DNA from: Candidatus Sericytochromatia bacterium
GTDB lineage: Bacteria > Cyanobacteriota > Sericytochromatia > UBA7694 > JACMQJ01
DNA length: 64,000 bases
Direction of reading: 5' to 3'
Assembly: GCA_046328075.1 (NCBI GenBank)
Contig: JAXLXG010000007.1
Coordinates: 26,968 to 90,967, forward strand
Made by a program: the position numbers and the translations under genes
Notes under the pieces: model-generated
The model's input: only the letters and a program-made list of their open reading frames with translations
What the model was told of the DNA's origin: nothing
Databases searched by the model: none
Shown here: positions 1 through 10,733 of the stretch, piece after piece
Layout: every line of letters starts with the position of its first letter
Position numbering within the stretch: the stretch's first letter is position 1

Positions 1-230
1 TTGAATAAACAAATAATAATATAATCAAAATTATAGGTGGTATTATAAGTATTGTTTTTGTTATTAAAAAAACTATTATTAGAACTAATAAAAAGACTTT
101 GATAAAATATTTAAATAAATCCAATTCTAATTCCTTTTTAAATAGTTATTATTCAATTCATTATAGCTTATTAAATAATAGTGAATTAAAATATATCCAA
201 AGACTAAATTTTAAAATTTTATTTGAATAA

Positions 231-1079
231 ATGAATATAGATTATATAAAATATTTTGTGGTAATTGCAGAAACACTAAATCTAAATAAAGCTTCAGAAA
301 AACTATATATTACTCCTCAAGCTCTAAGTAAGGCTATAAAAATATTAGAAGATTATTATAATGTGAAATTATTTGAAAGAACAACATCTATTAAATGCCT
401 CACTTCAGAAGGTGAATTTTTCTTAGAAAAAGCAAATAAATTATTGAATTATTATGAAAATTTTGATTTAGAAATGAAGGAATTATCATTAAATAATCCT
501 CAAGGTAATTTACTTATAGCTTGTGATAGTATGTGTCAAAAATATATTTTACCTGATCTCATAGATAAACTAATTTCAAAGTATAGTAAAATTATCCCAA
601 AAGTTTATACTATGATACCTAGTGATGTTGAAAAAAATATTTTATCAAACGATATACATATTGGATTTATATCAAAAAAAGTTGACAATTTAGAGTTTAA
701 TTCTATTAAATATAATCAAACTGAATCTGTTATAGTAAGTAATTCTAAATTAAAATCAAATTGGAATGAACTTAATTATATTGTTCCAAAACTCTTTAAC
801 AGAAAGACAAACTCTTTAGATGGTTGGGATGATGAAAAATTTCCTAGAAGAATTGTTCTTGAAGTAGAATCTTTAGAGAGTGCTATTAGTTTTTGTGAAA
901 AGGGAATAGGGGCAGCTTTTTTACCAAAAATATCAATAGAGGATAAATTGAAAAATAAATCATTATATATAATTTCAACTCCTCCTATAAATTATATTGA
1001 GGAAATTTATATTATTTATAAAAAAAATACAAGATTAACATTAACAACTAAAGCTTTTTTAGAAATTATTAATTATTAG
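231..1079 (+). CDS. LysR-family transcriptional regulator
   Basis: N-terminal LysR HTH (YFVVIAETLNLNKASEKLYITPQALSKAIKILE...LFERT) plus substrate-binding domain, 282 aa. Confidence 0.92.
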   Translation: MNIDYIKYFVVIAETLNLNKASEKLYITPQALSKAIKILEDYYNVKLFERTTSIKCLTSEGEFFLEKANKLLNYYENFDLEMKELSLNNPQGNLLIACDSMCQKYILPDLIDKLISKYSKIIPKVYTMIPSDVEKNILSNDIHIGFISKKVDNLEFNSIKYNQTESVIVSNSKLKSNWNELNYIVPKLFNRKTNSLDGWDDEKFPRRIVLEVESLESAISFCEKGIGAAFLPKISIEDKLKNKSLYIISTPPINYIEEIYIIYKKNTRLTLTTKAFLEIINY

Positions 1080-1090
1080 GACATTTTATT

Positions 1091-2080
1091 TTAAAGTAAT
1101 GATATTATATTATTTTCTTTGCTAATAGACATTCCTACTTTACATTCTGGAAAGTTTAGATTTTTATAATAATAAATAGTATTTTCTATAGAAGATTCTA
1201 AACTTTCAAATTCAAAATTAATTTCTTTTAGAATTCTTGAGTTATCAAAATAAAAATCATTAGGAATTGCTAAAATTATATCAGACCAACTAATAATTTT
1301 TTTTTCATCTAGTAATTTATCTTCTATTAGTTCTAATTCTATTTTTTTTGATAATTTATTGGAAATAATTTCTATAATATCCTTCATTTTTATTTCTTTA
1401 TGGGTATTTATATTATATACATCATATTTCATTTGATTAAATCCTGTAAAAACAATTGTTTTAACTAGGTCTTTTATATATGTAAAGTTAATAAGACTGT
1501 TTAAACAATTTTTAGGAAAAATAATTTTTTCTTGTTTGTATATATGATATATCCAATAGTAAAGCCTATCAGTTGGATCAAATTTCCCATAAACAAGTGA
1601 AGGTCTTAAAATTACTTTATTTAATGAAGATTTTAATAAAATTCTTTCAGATTCTGCTTTTCTAATTCCATAAGTTTCAATACTTTTATCTTTTTTCTGA
1701 GAATCTAAACAATTAAAAGTTTGAGTATCTTCGTTTAAATTAGATATTATTTTTGTATCATAAACAGAAACTGTTGAAATATAAACATATTTATCTGTTT
1801 GAATATTTTTTATAATATTTTCTAAACTGTTAGGATAATATGATGAAATATCAAAGATAATATCCCATTTTGTATCAAATGTTTTTTCAATATCTTGTGT
1901 TTCTCTATCGCCTACTATTTTATTTATTTGAGGAAATAAGTTTGGATTAGTTTTTCCTCTATTAAAAAGAGTTATGTTTAATTTTTCTTGATAATTTAAT
2001 AATTTTTCTACAAGTACTCTACCTATAAAGCTTGTACCACCTAGAATTAATATTTTTTTCATTATCACCTTTTTTGTCAA
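1091..2080 (-). CDS. NAD-dependent epimerase/dehydratase family protein
   Basis: LILGGTSFIG Rossmann motif, YISTVSVY, YGIRK (YxxxK), LRPSLVYG. Confidence 0.85.
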   Translation of the reverse strand: MTKKVIMKKILILGGTSFIGRVLVEKLLNYQEKLNITLFNRGKTNPNLFPQINKIVGDRETQDIEKTFDTKWDIIFDISSYYPNSLENIIKNIQTDKYVYISTVSVYDTKIISNLNEDTQTFNCLDSQKKDKSIETYGIRKAESERILLKSSLNKVILRPSLVYGKFDPTDRLYYWIYHIYKQEKIIFPKNCLNSLINFTYIKDLVKTIVFTGFNQMKYDVYNINTHKEIKMKDIIEIISNKLSKKIELELIEDKLLDEKKIISWSDIILAIPNDFYFDNSRILKEINFEFESLESSIENTIYYYKNLNFPECKVGMSISKENNIISLL

Positions 2081-2107
2081 AAATTTATATATGTTTTTAA
2101 TTTTTTG

Positions 2108-2167
2108 GTTAACTGTAACGAATTAATCATGAATTTATTATAAAAAAAACATCTCGTTACAGTTAAC
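2108..2167. repeat. Paired-box element E1 (GTTAACTGTAAC-36 nt-GTTACAGTTAAC)
   Basis: Perfect 14-bp inverted repeat GTTAACTGTAACGA (2108-2121) / TCGTTACAGTTAAC (2154-2167); intergenic. Confidence 0.9.
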
Positions 2168-2318
2168 AATATATTTATATTCAAATTTATGTTTATTTAG
2201 ATTTTTTTATAATTTTCATTTTATAGTATCATAATAAGTTTATAAAAAAACTTAACTACTAAAATTGTTTAATTCTAGTAGCTTCTTAAACTAATTTATT
2301 TTATTGTAACTTAATTTA

Positions 2319-3524
2319 TTAGTTTTCTTTAATTTTTTCTCTTAATATAACTAACGCTTTTTTTAATTGTGTATCATTTTTATCTAAATTAAAAGGTTTA
2401 GAGATATTGGTTTGAATATTTTTAGGTATTTCTACTACAATATTTGGTTCTATTCCTTTCTTATTTATGTCTGTTCCATTTGGTGTCAAATATTTATTTG
2501 TAGTTATAACTATTCCTGAACCATCATCAAGATTAAATGTACTTTGAACTAAACCTTTTCCAAAAGTTTTTGTACCAATAAGTATTGCTCTATTATTATC
2601 TTTTAATGCACCTGATACTATTTCTGAAGCACTTGCACTACCTTCATCTACTAATAAAGCAATTGGCGTTTCTAATGGTAATTCTATTTTTCCACTAGCG
2701 TTTATATATTCTTTTTCACCTTTTTTATCAACTATCTGTACTATTGAACCGCTTTTAATAAACATATTACTAATATTAATTGCATTAGTTAATAATCCAC
2801 CAGGGTTACCTCTTAGATCAAAAATTAAAGCTTTTATATTATTTTTTTTTAGATTATTTATAGCGTTTTTTACTTCGTTTGATGCTTCATGATTCATAAA
2901 TGTACTAAGACTAATATATCCTATTTTATTTTCAAGGATTTTTGATTTAACTATTATAGGAGTTATATTATCTCTAATAATAGTTTTTTCTAAAACTTTT
3001 TTAATTGATTCTCTATAGATTTTTAAGTTAACTGCTGTTCCCTTTATTCCTTTTATAAGATCAACAGCTTGATCAACTGATAAATCTTTAACAAGATTAT
3101 TATTTATCTCAAGTATAATATCACCAGATTGTAAATCTGATTTTGAGGCAGGACTATTTTCAATTGAAGAAATTATAGTAAGTTCGTTTTTATTATTTTT
3201 ATTTCTAATACCTATCTGAATTCCAATTCCAGTAAAACTTCCTTGTATCTCTTCTGTCATTTTTTTGTAATCTTCAGGACTCAAATATCTAGTATAGGGA
3301 TCTCCTGTTGCTTTTATCATTCCTTTTATTGCACCTTGTACAAGTTTTTCATTATTAATTCCATTAAGATACTCTAAACTTAAAATATCATATGCTCTTA
3401 AAAATAATCCAAAACCTGAATCACTTGCATTTGCTATAAATGGATGAATGTTTAAACCGGCAGTAAATGACGTTAATATTAAAGCTATTACTAAACTTGT
3501 ATTCTTTATTCTTTTTTTTAACAT
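2319..3524 (-). CDS. ctpA: S41 family C-terminal processing peptidase (PDZ + S41)
   Basis: Signal/TM N-terminus, GIGIQI PDZ, DLRGNPGG, GSASASEI (catalytic Ser), KTFGKG (catalytic Lys). Confidence 0.9.
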   Translation of the reverse strand: MLKKRIKNTSLVIALILTSFTAGLNIHPFIANASDSGFGLFLRAYDILSLEYLNGINNEKLVQGAIKGMIKATGDPYTRYLSPEDYKKMTEEIQGSFTGIGIQIGIRNKNNKNELTIISSIENSPASKSDLQSGDIILEINNNLVKDLSVDQAVDLIKGIKGTAVNLKIYRESIKKVLEKTIIRDNITPIIVKSKILENKIGYISLSTFMNHEASNEVKNAINNLKKNNIKALIFDLRGNPGGLLTNAINISNMFIKSGSIVQIVDKKGEKEYINASGKIELPLETPIALLVDEGSASASEIVSGALKDNNRAILIGTKTFGKGLVQSTFNLDDGSGIVITTNKYLTPNGTDINKKGIEPNIVVEIPKNIQTNISKPFNLDKNDTQLKKALVILREKIKEN

Positions 3525-3553
3525 GAAAAACCTTTCTGTCTTTTATTTTTCTA

Positions 3554-4336
3554 TTAATTATTAAAAAAGTTCTGCTTTTTTAAACACTCTAATACTGTAT
3601 TTGAATACTCTATATGAGACTCTTTAGTGTATTTTATAGTAGTATAAATTTGTGCTAAATTTTGAACTCCATTTTTTTCAATCATTTCTTTTAATTCAGA
3701 ATTAGACATATATCTTTCCCAGCCCTTAGTTTCTCTTTCTTGATAAATTTTTGAAATATCATTACTTTCATAATTTTTATAAGTTTCATAATGTATTAAT
3801 CCTTCAAGTGGTAATCTATCTTTAGTTCTAGGATTTTCATCTGGATAACCTAAAGAATAACCAACTACAGGAACAACATTTTTTGGTAATTTTAATACTT
3901 CAGATATTTTTAAACAATTTGCTAATGTAGTTCCCATGTAACAAATTCCTAATCCTTCTGATTCTGCTGCTAAAGCAACTGTTTGAGAATATAAAATTGC
4001 ATCTATTGAACCTATCATAAAACTCATAAAATTATCAAAATTTTCTTTTGCATCTCTATCTTTTAACCATAATATCATTCTATTAAAATCACAACAAAAA
4101 GTCATCATTACAGGAGCTTCTAAAACCATTTCTTGTTCAAAATGTAATGGATACAATTCTTCTTTAATTTTTTGATCTGTTGTTATTATTACTGAATATG
4201 TTTGCATATTTCCAGATGAAGAAGTTCCTTGAATTGAAGCTGTTAAAATTTTTTCTAAAAGTTCTTTTGAAACTGGATCTTTTTTATATTTTCTAATAGA
4301 ACTATGATTGTTTAATAAATTATAGATATTGTTCAT
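3554..4336 (-). CDS. NADPH-dependent flavin oxidoreductase / nitroreductase (NfsA/FRP family)
   Basis: LLNNHSSIRKY, SSGNMQTYSVI, AESEGLGICYMG, LGYPDENP..K.RLP motifs. Confidence 0.88.
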   Translation of the reverse strand: MNNIYNLLNNHSSIRKYKKDPVSKELLEKILTASIQGTSSSGNMQTYSVIITTDQKIKEELYPLHFEQEMVLEAPVMMTFCCDFNRMILWLKDRDAKENFDNFMSFMIGSIDAILYSQTVALAAESEGLGICYMGTTLANCLKISEVLKLPKNVVPVVGYSLGYPDENPRTKDRLPLEGLIHYETYKNYESNDISKIYQERETKGWERYMSNSELKEMIEKNGVQNLAQIYTTIKYTKESHIEYSNTVLECLKKQNFFNN

Positions 4337-4337
4337 T

Positions 4338-4820
4338 TTATTTAGTTACCTTTTCTTTAGTTGCTACAAAGCCACCTATTAATTCATTTGAATCAAATAA
4401 AGTTGCAAAACCAACAAATGTTTCTCCTGAGTTATGAATAACACATTCATACTTTACTTTATATGGTTTTTGACCTTCATTAACCATTATTTCAAAATAT
4501 AGTTTATTCTCAGAAATATTTATTTTTTCTAATTTAGATGTAAAAACTTGGGGTACACTTAATGTACCAGATAAAATATTATTAGCTTTTTTCAATGATA
4601 ATTTATCTTTAAAAATTTTGTTACCAATATAAGTGTTTAATGTCCAATCTCCAATATAAAAATTTTCAAGATTATTTTGAATTTTAATATTATTATCAAT
4701 TATTTGTTTAGAGTTTTGTAAATTATTATTTTTAGCATCACAACTATAAGTTATTGAGTTTGCAATCATAAATCCTGTAATTACTGCTGTGTGTTTTAAT
4801 CTTCTCATTTTTTTGTCCAT
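4338..4820 (-). CDS. Hypothetical exported protein
   Basis: 160-aa ORF with signal-like N-terminus, 1 bp from the next gene, no recognised domain. Confidence 0.6.
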   Translation of the reverse strand: MDKKMRRLKHTAVITGFMIANSITYSCDAKNNNLQNSKQIIDNNIKIQNNLENFYIGDWTLNTYIGNKIFKDKLSLKKANNILSGTLSVPQVFTSKLEKINISENKLYFEIMVNEGQKPYKVKYECVIHNSGETFVGFATLFDSNELIGGFVATKEKVTK

Positions 4821-4954
4821 GTGATTTTATATATAATTTAATTATTTCATAAATCTAATATATTGAAAATTAAAACTTATTTGATTCTATATCAACTAAT
4901 AGTTTATAATTTTAAAGAAATTTGATTTTTTATTAAAGTAATATATAAAATTTA

Positions 4955-5015
4955 AGTTAACTGTAACGAATAATTTTTACCCCCAGAAAATAATGTATTT
5001 ACGTTACAGTTAACT
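4955..5015. repeat. Paired-box element E2
   Basis: Perfect 14-bp inverted repeat AGTTAACTGTAACG (4955-4968) / CGTTACAGTTAACT (5002-5015); 35-nt unique spacer between the boxes. Confidence 0.9.
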
Positions 5016-5082
5016 CATTGTGTGAAATTATAAATTAAACTATAATGAAATTTGAAAAAGATTTTATAAATATTGGTGAATA

Positions 5083-5630
5083 ATGTATAAAAAAATTCTT
5101 ATCTCCATTACTTCATTTATATTAGTTTTTGACTTTAACTGTTTATCATATATTCCCTAAGCTTTGAAAATGGTTCATTAAATGTTAATTCTGTTAAGAA
5201 TAAAAATACAGAAATTATAAAAGTTGAATCAAATAATTACCATAATTTTTTATTAAATAATTCTATTGAGTATTCTTTAATTATTAATGATAATGAAAAG
5301 GAATTAAAAGAAGTAAATACAAATCTTTGGATTTTTAGTTTTTTTATTTCTGGATTAGGTCAATTATTTATGGGAAGAATCATTGAAGGTATTTTATTTT
5401 TGTTCTTACATACTTAGTCCCAATATTAATTTTTAACAATATGTTGGATTATTTTAAATCTTTAGATAGTATTGGTGGTAGAGCAGGAAGTATTTCAAGA
5501 CCTTTTGTTTTTTTTCTAACAATGTTTATTATCAATAAATATAATTCATGCTTATATCATTAACTATAATGATGTAAGAGATTATAAGAAGAAACTCTTA
5601 AACAAAAAAGTTTCTTTGGAGATAACTAGT
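5083..5630 (+). pseudogene. Frameshifted exported/membrane protein (TM2-like motif)
   Basis: ATG at 5083 (MYKKILISITSFILVF) stops at 5160; a shifted frame continues with FSFFISGLGQLFMGRIIEGILFLF; further shifts downstream, end coordinate approximate. Confidence 0.55.
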
Positions 5631-5631
5631 A

Positions 5632-5931
5632 TTGAGTAATTGGCATTTTAAAGATTTAGAAAAAAAATTAATAAATAATAGTTGGGTAATATTAGAAGAA
5701 ATATATAACACAGAGCATAAAAATATTATTTCATCTTGGAAAATACAAAATCTTAAAAGTAAAGAAATTAGGTTTATTGATTTTATCGGTTTTGATGATT
5801 TAGAAAAATTTCCTATTGAAAAAGCTTATTGTTGTTGTTTAAGAAATACAAATATTGATTTATATTTTAGGAAGTTCAGAGTAAAAAATATTTGGCATAA
5901 AGAATTATTATCTTTTATCGAAAAATTATAA
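5632..5931 (+). CDS. Hypothetical protein
   Basis: 99-aa ORF with TTG start; no recognised domain. Confidence 0.55.
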   Translation: MSNWHFKDLEKKLINNSWVILEEIYNTEHKNIISSWKIQNLKSKEIRFIDFIGFDDLEKFPIEKAYCCCLRNTNIDLYFRKFRVKNIWHKELLSFIEKL

Positions 5932-6058
5932 GATAATTTTAAGTGTCTATAAATTTAATATTCAGTACATTTATACATTATGATATAAATTTTTCGATTC
6001 TCAGAGAGTTAAAAATTTATCAAAAAATCTAATGTATAGATAAGATTGTTTCTTAGAA

Positions 6059-6121
6059 AGTTAACTGTAACGATTTATTGTGAGGGTTATTTTTATACAT
6101 ATTTATTTGTTTCCTGTAACG
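6059..6121. repeat. Paired-box element E3 (boxes in direct orientation)
   Basis: GTTAACTGTAAC (6060-6071), 37-nt spacer, GTTTCCTGTAAC (6109-6120). Confidence 0.75.
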
Positions 6122-6316
6122 TGTTTATTTTATTAACTTTATTTTTTCAAAAAAATATTGATAAAAATCTTATGTATTAAAATAATATAATCATATAATC
6201 ATAAATTTCATAACACATCTTTTATAAAATAGAGTCTAAAAAGTATAAAAAAATAAATAAAACTTTTTTATAAAGTAAAGAGTAAAATATATAGTTATAA
6301 TCTAGGTTATATAAAA

Positions 6317-6350
6317 TCCATTATTGATAATTCATATTATCAATAATGGA
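6317..6350. repeat. Perfect 15-bp hairpin, possible terminator or operator
   Basis: TCCATTATTGATAAT-TCAT-ATTATCAATAATGGA between convergent genes. Confidence 0.7.
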
Positions 6351-6571
6351 AATAAAGTCTTTTTAAACCTATAAAATTTTGCACCAGCAAGACACATAAA
6401 AAATTAACTATAATTAGATAAAATATGTATGAATATAATTTATGATAAGAACAATTTATTTCATAATTTTTATAATATTGATGATAATTATAATAATAAA
6501 ATACTGGTAAAGTTTATTATTATATTTCTTTAAATTAACTTAGTACTTTTGAATAATTGAATTTGTCCACT

Positions 6572-7537
6572 TTATTTACAATTTTCAGGTTTATAATACT
6601 TTAGAGCTTCTTTATATTGTTTCTTTGAATAATAATAATTAGCTATATTCTTATAATCACATTTTTCATAATTATTTTTAGTAATTAATTGTTGATAATA
6701 TTTCAAAATATTTTTTTCATCGTCTAATATTATATATATATCAATTAATAATTTTATAACTTCTGTATTTCTAATATTATCTTTATCAATTTCATTAATT
6801 TTATTTAAGTAATCTACAGCATTTGAATAATCTCCTTTTAAGTAATATAATTTACTTAAATCTTTATAAAACCATTCTAATATAGATTCATCTGATACCT
6901 TATATTTTTCTAAAAGCTCATTGTATAATTTAATCATTGCTTCTTCATTATTTTCATAAAACCAACTATAAAATTTGATAGTTTCTGATAAGTAATTATA
7001 AAGAGAGTCTTTTTTAGAAGTGTTGATCTCAATCAAGTTAATCATATTATCAAAAGATTTCTTTGCTTTATTTAAATCATATTCTTTTATATAAAAATCT
7101 TTCTGAAGATTATAAGCATACTTTAACAACTCATTATTATTAATATTTTTCTTGATAAACTCTATAAAATTAGTGTAGTTTTCTTCACTATTTTCATTTA
7201 TTGAATATACTTGAGAATAAGATCTCAAAAAATCTCTAAAATAATAATCTGGATATTTTCGGAAATTTAATTTTAATCCCTTTAATAAATATTCAAAAGA
7301 TCTATTATAATCATAGGTTTTAATAGATTCATACGATTTTTTTAAAAAATAATTACTTATTCTTTCTTCTGAAATACTATCTTCTTTATTAGATAAATAA
7401 TCAGCAAAAACATCTTTCTCATTAGATATATATAGAGGCTCAATATTAACTTTAGGATTGACATTTTGGGGTGTAACACAAGAGTTTAAAAGAAATAGAA
7501 AAATTATAAGATAATTTTTTTTCATATTATTTACCAA
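6572..7537 (-). CDS. TPR-repeat lipoprotein
   Basis: MKKNYLIIFLFLLNSC lipobox-like N-terminus; TPR-like helices (LSKLYYLKGDYSNAVDYLNK, IANYYYSKKQYKEALKYY). Confidence 0.7.
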   Translation of the reverse strand: MVNNMKKNYLIIFLFLLNSCVTPQNVNPKVNIEPLYISNEKDVFADYLSNKEDSISEERISNYFLKKSYESIKTYDYNRSFEYLLKGLKLNFRKYPDYYFRDFLRSYSQVYSINENSEENYTNFIEFIKKNINNNELLKYAYNLQKDFYIKEYDLNKAKKSFDNMINLIEINTSKKDSLYNYLSETIKFYSWFYENNEEAMIKLYNELLEKYKVSDESILEWFYKDLSKLYYLKGDYSNAVDYLNKINEIDKDNIRNTEVIKLLIDIYIILDDEKNILKYYQQLITKNNYEKCDYKNIANYYYSKKQYKEALKYYKPENCK

Positions 7538-8722
7538 AAATTTTATTATAATAATATGATGATTTTTCAGGATTTTTATCTGAATAATATTCTGCTAATA
7601 CTTTATAATAATCCTTATATTTAAAATTTTTATCTTGTTCTAATAGTTTTTCAATATAAAATATATAGTTTTTAGTATCATTTTTTAGTTCATAGATTTT
7701 TATTAATGATATATAAAAATCTTCTTTAGATATTCCTTCAAAGTTATAAAGTTTGTTATACATATCTATTGCTTTATCATATTCTTTATAAAATACATAT
7801 TTTTCAGCAATTATCTTTATTAGTTCATTTTCATTTATTTTATTATTAGAGTAATTTATAGGAATTAAAATATTGTTTTTATTATTAAATGAGCTATCTT
7901 TTAATCCTAATGATATATTTTCTATTCTAGATAAATTATTATTTTTCATTATTTTTAAAGCTTCTAGATAATAATTACTAAAACTTAAATCCTGAATATT
8001 AGCTAATAAAAGATAAGTTTCAATGTTAGGAAATAATTTTATTGAAAGATCAAGATAATCTGTAATTTTAATCAAAGATTTTTTTAAATCATTTATAAAA
8101 TCTATATTATTAAAAAGTGAGTAATAATCTTTGCTTTTTATTATTATAGATGATATATCACTTATTACAGCAAATGATAATTTATAATATATATAGCTTT
8201 TTAAAATTTGGTAGTTTTTATTAGATTCATAAGGTTTTATATAGTTTAAAAGTTTTAGTAAAATATCTTCATTTTTTGTATTATTACTACCAAAGTTATT
8301 AAAAAATGTTGTTAAATCTATAATATTCTTTCCATTCATTTCAAAATAAGAATAAATAATATTATCCAAAATGATTGTGTTTTTAAAATAATCTTTATCT
8401 GATAAATCATTAGAATTTAAAAAATTAATCAAACTATTGAATTTTAGTTCTTCTTTTTTATCAGATAGGTTTAATAAAGAATATTTATATTCTAAGTTAT
8501 CATCTTTAAGAGATATAATCTTTTTATTAACATACTCAGATTCTCTATAGATCGATAAATAATATTTATAACTTTCAATTAATTCTTCATTTAGCTTAAT
8601 TTTTTCTTGAGTACTAGCTTTAGTAGTATCTAAACTTAAAAAGCTAGATTTATTATTTTGAAATAAGATTAGGTAAGAAATAATGTTTTTACAAAATTCT
8701 TTATCTTCCTTAAATAAATTAA

Positions 8723-9942
8723 CTCAAGTTGTCATAATAATATTAAAAGGCTCTCAAGTATTTAAGTATAGGGTTGTTTAAAGCTCCTGTTGAAACGTCG
8801 ATTTTTCGTTAAAAATATTTTTAATAGACTTAAATATAGGATATAACTTTCGTTCAAGAATACTTTTTGATAAAGTTTGAATATACATAAGAGTTTGAAA
8901 AATGTCATCTTAATTTTTAGAAAATAATTCTACAAAAATGTAAGAGATACAACATAAACTTATATGATTATCTATTTTATCCTGATTATGAGTATTAAAT
9001 GAAGTTAATTAATATAACTTTCATATTTCTAAAAATGACTCAATATGAAATCTTGTTTTATATATTCTAAATATTTCAGTATAAGTCTTAGATTCTGTAC
9101 TTATTAAACAATAAAAATCTCTGTCTATTAGCTTATTTCTGTTATTCGCAACTACTACAAGAGTTGATTTAACATCAAAATATTTTTACAAATTTTTTGC
9201 TCATATATCCAACTTTCTTATAAAAGTAAAAAGAAGCATTTTTTTACATTTTTAAATAGCTCTTTTGGTGTATATTTTTTCTTCCTATAGATAAATTTCT
9301 TAGTTTTTGCAATTCTACAAGTAAAAGGAATCTTTTGCTCATTTATAAAATTAATAAGTACTTCTGAAGTGAATCCTGCATCAAATAATATTCTATCTAT
9401 CTTTAAAGCATTGTCTAATAAACATTTACATATTTAGCAATTTCGTTTTTAGTTAAATAATCATCAGTTCAATCATATCTTTGCATAATTCAAAAATCAA
9501 AATTAATAGATATTTGATACCATTTACAAGAACTATAGCAAATAAAATAACTAAACAAGGCTCATATCTTCTTGTACAATGATTAAATATCAATTATATG
9601 GTCTATCTATTATTTTCATATCCTTATTTATTAACACATAATCCATTATTAATGATTTATCACCTACTGTATTATTGATTATATTTATTATTTCAGGTAC
9701 GTTTATGTTAAATAAATCCTTTAATTTCTTATATTTTCTTCTATCCTTTCTGTTAAGACTACTTACTTGATTATCTGATATATCTCTTTGTTACTGATAA
9801 AAAATCCATTATTGATTCAAATTGTGCTAATATTTTCATTTAGACCTCTTTTACTGAAATTACTTTTATATCTACGTTTCAGTTTATATGAGGTCTACTA
9901 TCTTTAATACATAATAATTTTATTTACTTTGTTCAACTTAAG
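8723..9942 (-). mobile_element. IS4/IS701-like insertion sequence, degenerate
   Basis: Terminal IRs CTCAAGTTG (8723) / CAACTTAAG (9934-9942); 6-bp TSD AATTAA at 8717-8722 and 9943-9948; DDE transposase remnants inside. Confidence 0.8.
8778..9839 (-). pseudogene. DDE transposase, multiple frameshifts
   Basis: Fragments MKILAQFESIMDFLSV, ILFDAGFTSEVLINFINEQKIPFTCRI and YKTRFHIE (YREK-like motif). Confidence 0.75.
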
Positions 9943-10335
9943 AATTAATAGCATTTTGAAATAAATTTATAAAATCATTAATAACATCAATTTTTCTATA
10001 TAAAAGCTTCTAATTTAATTTCTTCATTGTAAGATTCTATAAATTTAATATATAAGTCTTTATTATATGGAGATTCATCTATTTGATTTTTTATCTTATA
10101 TAGTTCATTTATTTTACCTGACAAGTCATTATCTATATAAGTATTTAATTTAGAATTTATAATATTAGTTTCTTTAATATTATTCAAATCGTTACTACAA
10201 GAACTTATTACTAAATTAGATATTATTAAACAGATTATTTTTTTATTCATTAATACTGTAATCAACTTTCAAAAATATTATTATCTATTATAAAATATAA
10301 TAATTAAGATTTAAACATTATAAACTAAAAGGGCT

Positions 10336-10662
10336 ATGAAAAAAATACTTATAATTTTATTTATTATATCCATACCTTTAAATTCTTATTCAAATGAAGA
10401 AGAATTTAAATATAATGAACAGTGGAAAACAGTTCAACAACTTCAAAGAATAATTGATAATAATATTTTAAAAGAAGCACCTAGTTTATTTTCAAAAAGA
10501 TTTAAAGACAAAATAAAATTTATAATTGAAAAAGATCCAAATTTTTTTAAAACTGTTTGGGGGTTAAATGAATTTAGATTGAGAATTTATAAAGAACAAG
10601 TTTTTAAAGGTAGAGGTATATTCATATTTGAAGATAATCAATGGAAGATTGATGAATTATAA
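10336..10662 (+). CDS. Hypothetical exported protein
   Basis: MKKILIILFIISIPLNSYS signal peptide; ends IFIFEDNQWKIDEL. Confidence 0.7.
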   Translation: MKKILIILFIISIPLNSYSNEEEFKYNEQWKTVQQLQRIIDNNILKEAPSLFSKRFKDKIKFIIEKDPNFFKTVWGLNEFRLRIYKEQVFKGRGIFIFEDNQWKIDEL

Positions 10663-10667
10663 AAAAA

Positions 10668-10728
10668 AGTTACCTGTAACGAAATTTCATTTTGTGTAAA
10701 AAATATTTTCATTTCGTTACAGGTAACT
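10668..10728. repeat. Paired-box element E4
   Basis: Perfect 18-bp IR AGTTACCTGTAACGAAAT / ATTTCGTTACAGGTAACT, 5 bp from the stop codons of both convergent genes; 35-nt spacer. Confidence 0.92.
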
Positions 10729-10733
10729 AGAGG

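Larger units (their letters stand above)
7527..10250 (-). pseudogene. TPR-like lipoprotein interrupted by an IS (about 498 aa when restored)
   Basis: N-part MNKKIICLIISNLVISSC (ATG 10250) has a +1 shift near 10000. Removing 8723-9942 and one TSD copy rejoins QNAINLFKEDKEFCK in frame with ORF 7527..8432. Confidence 0.8.
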
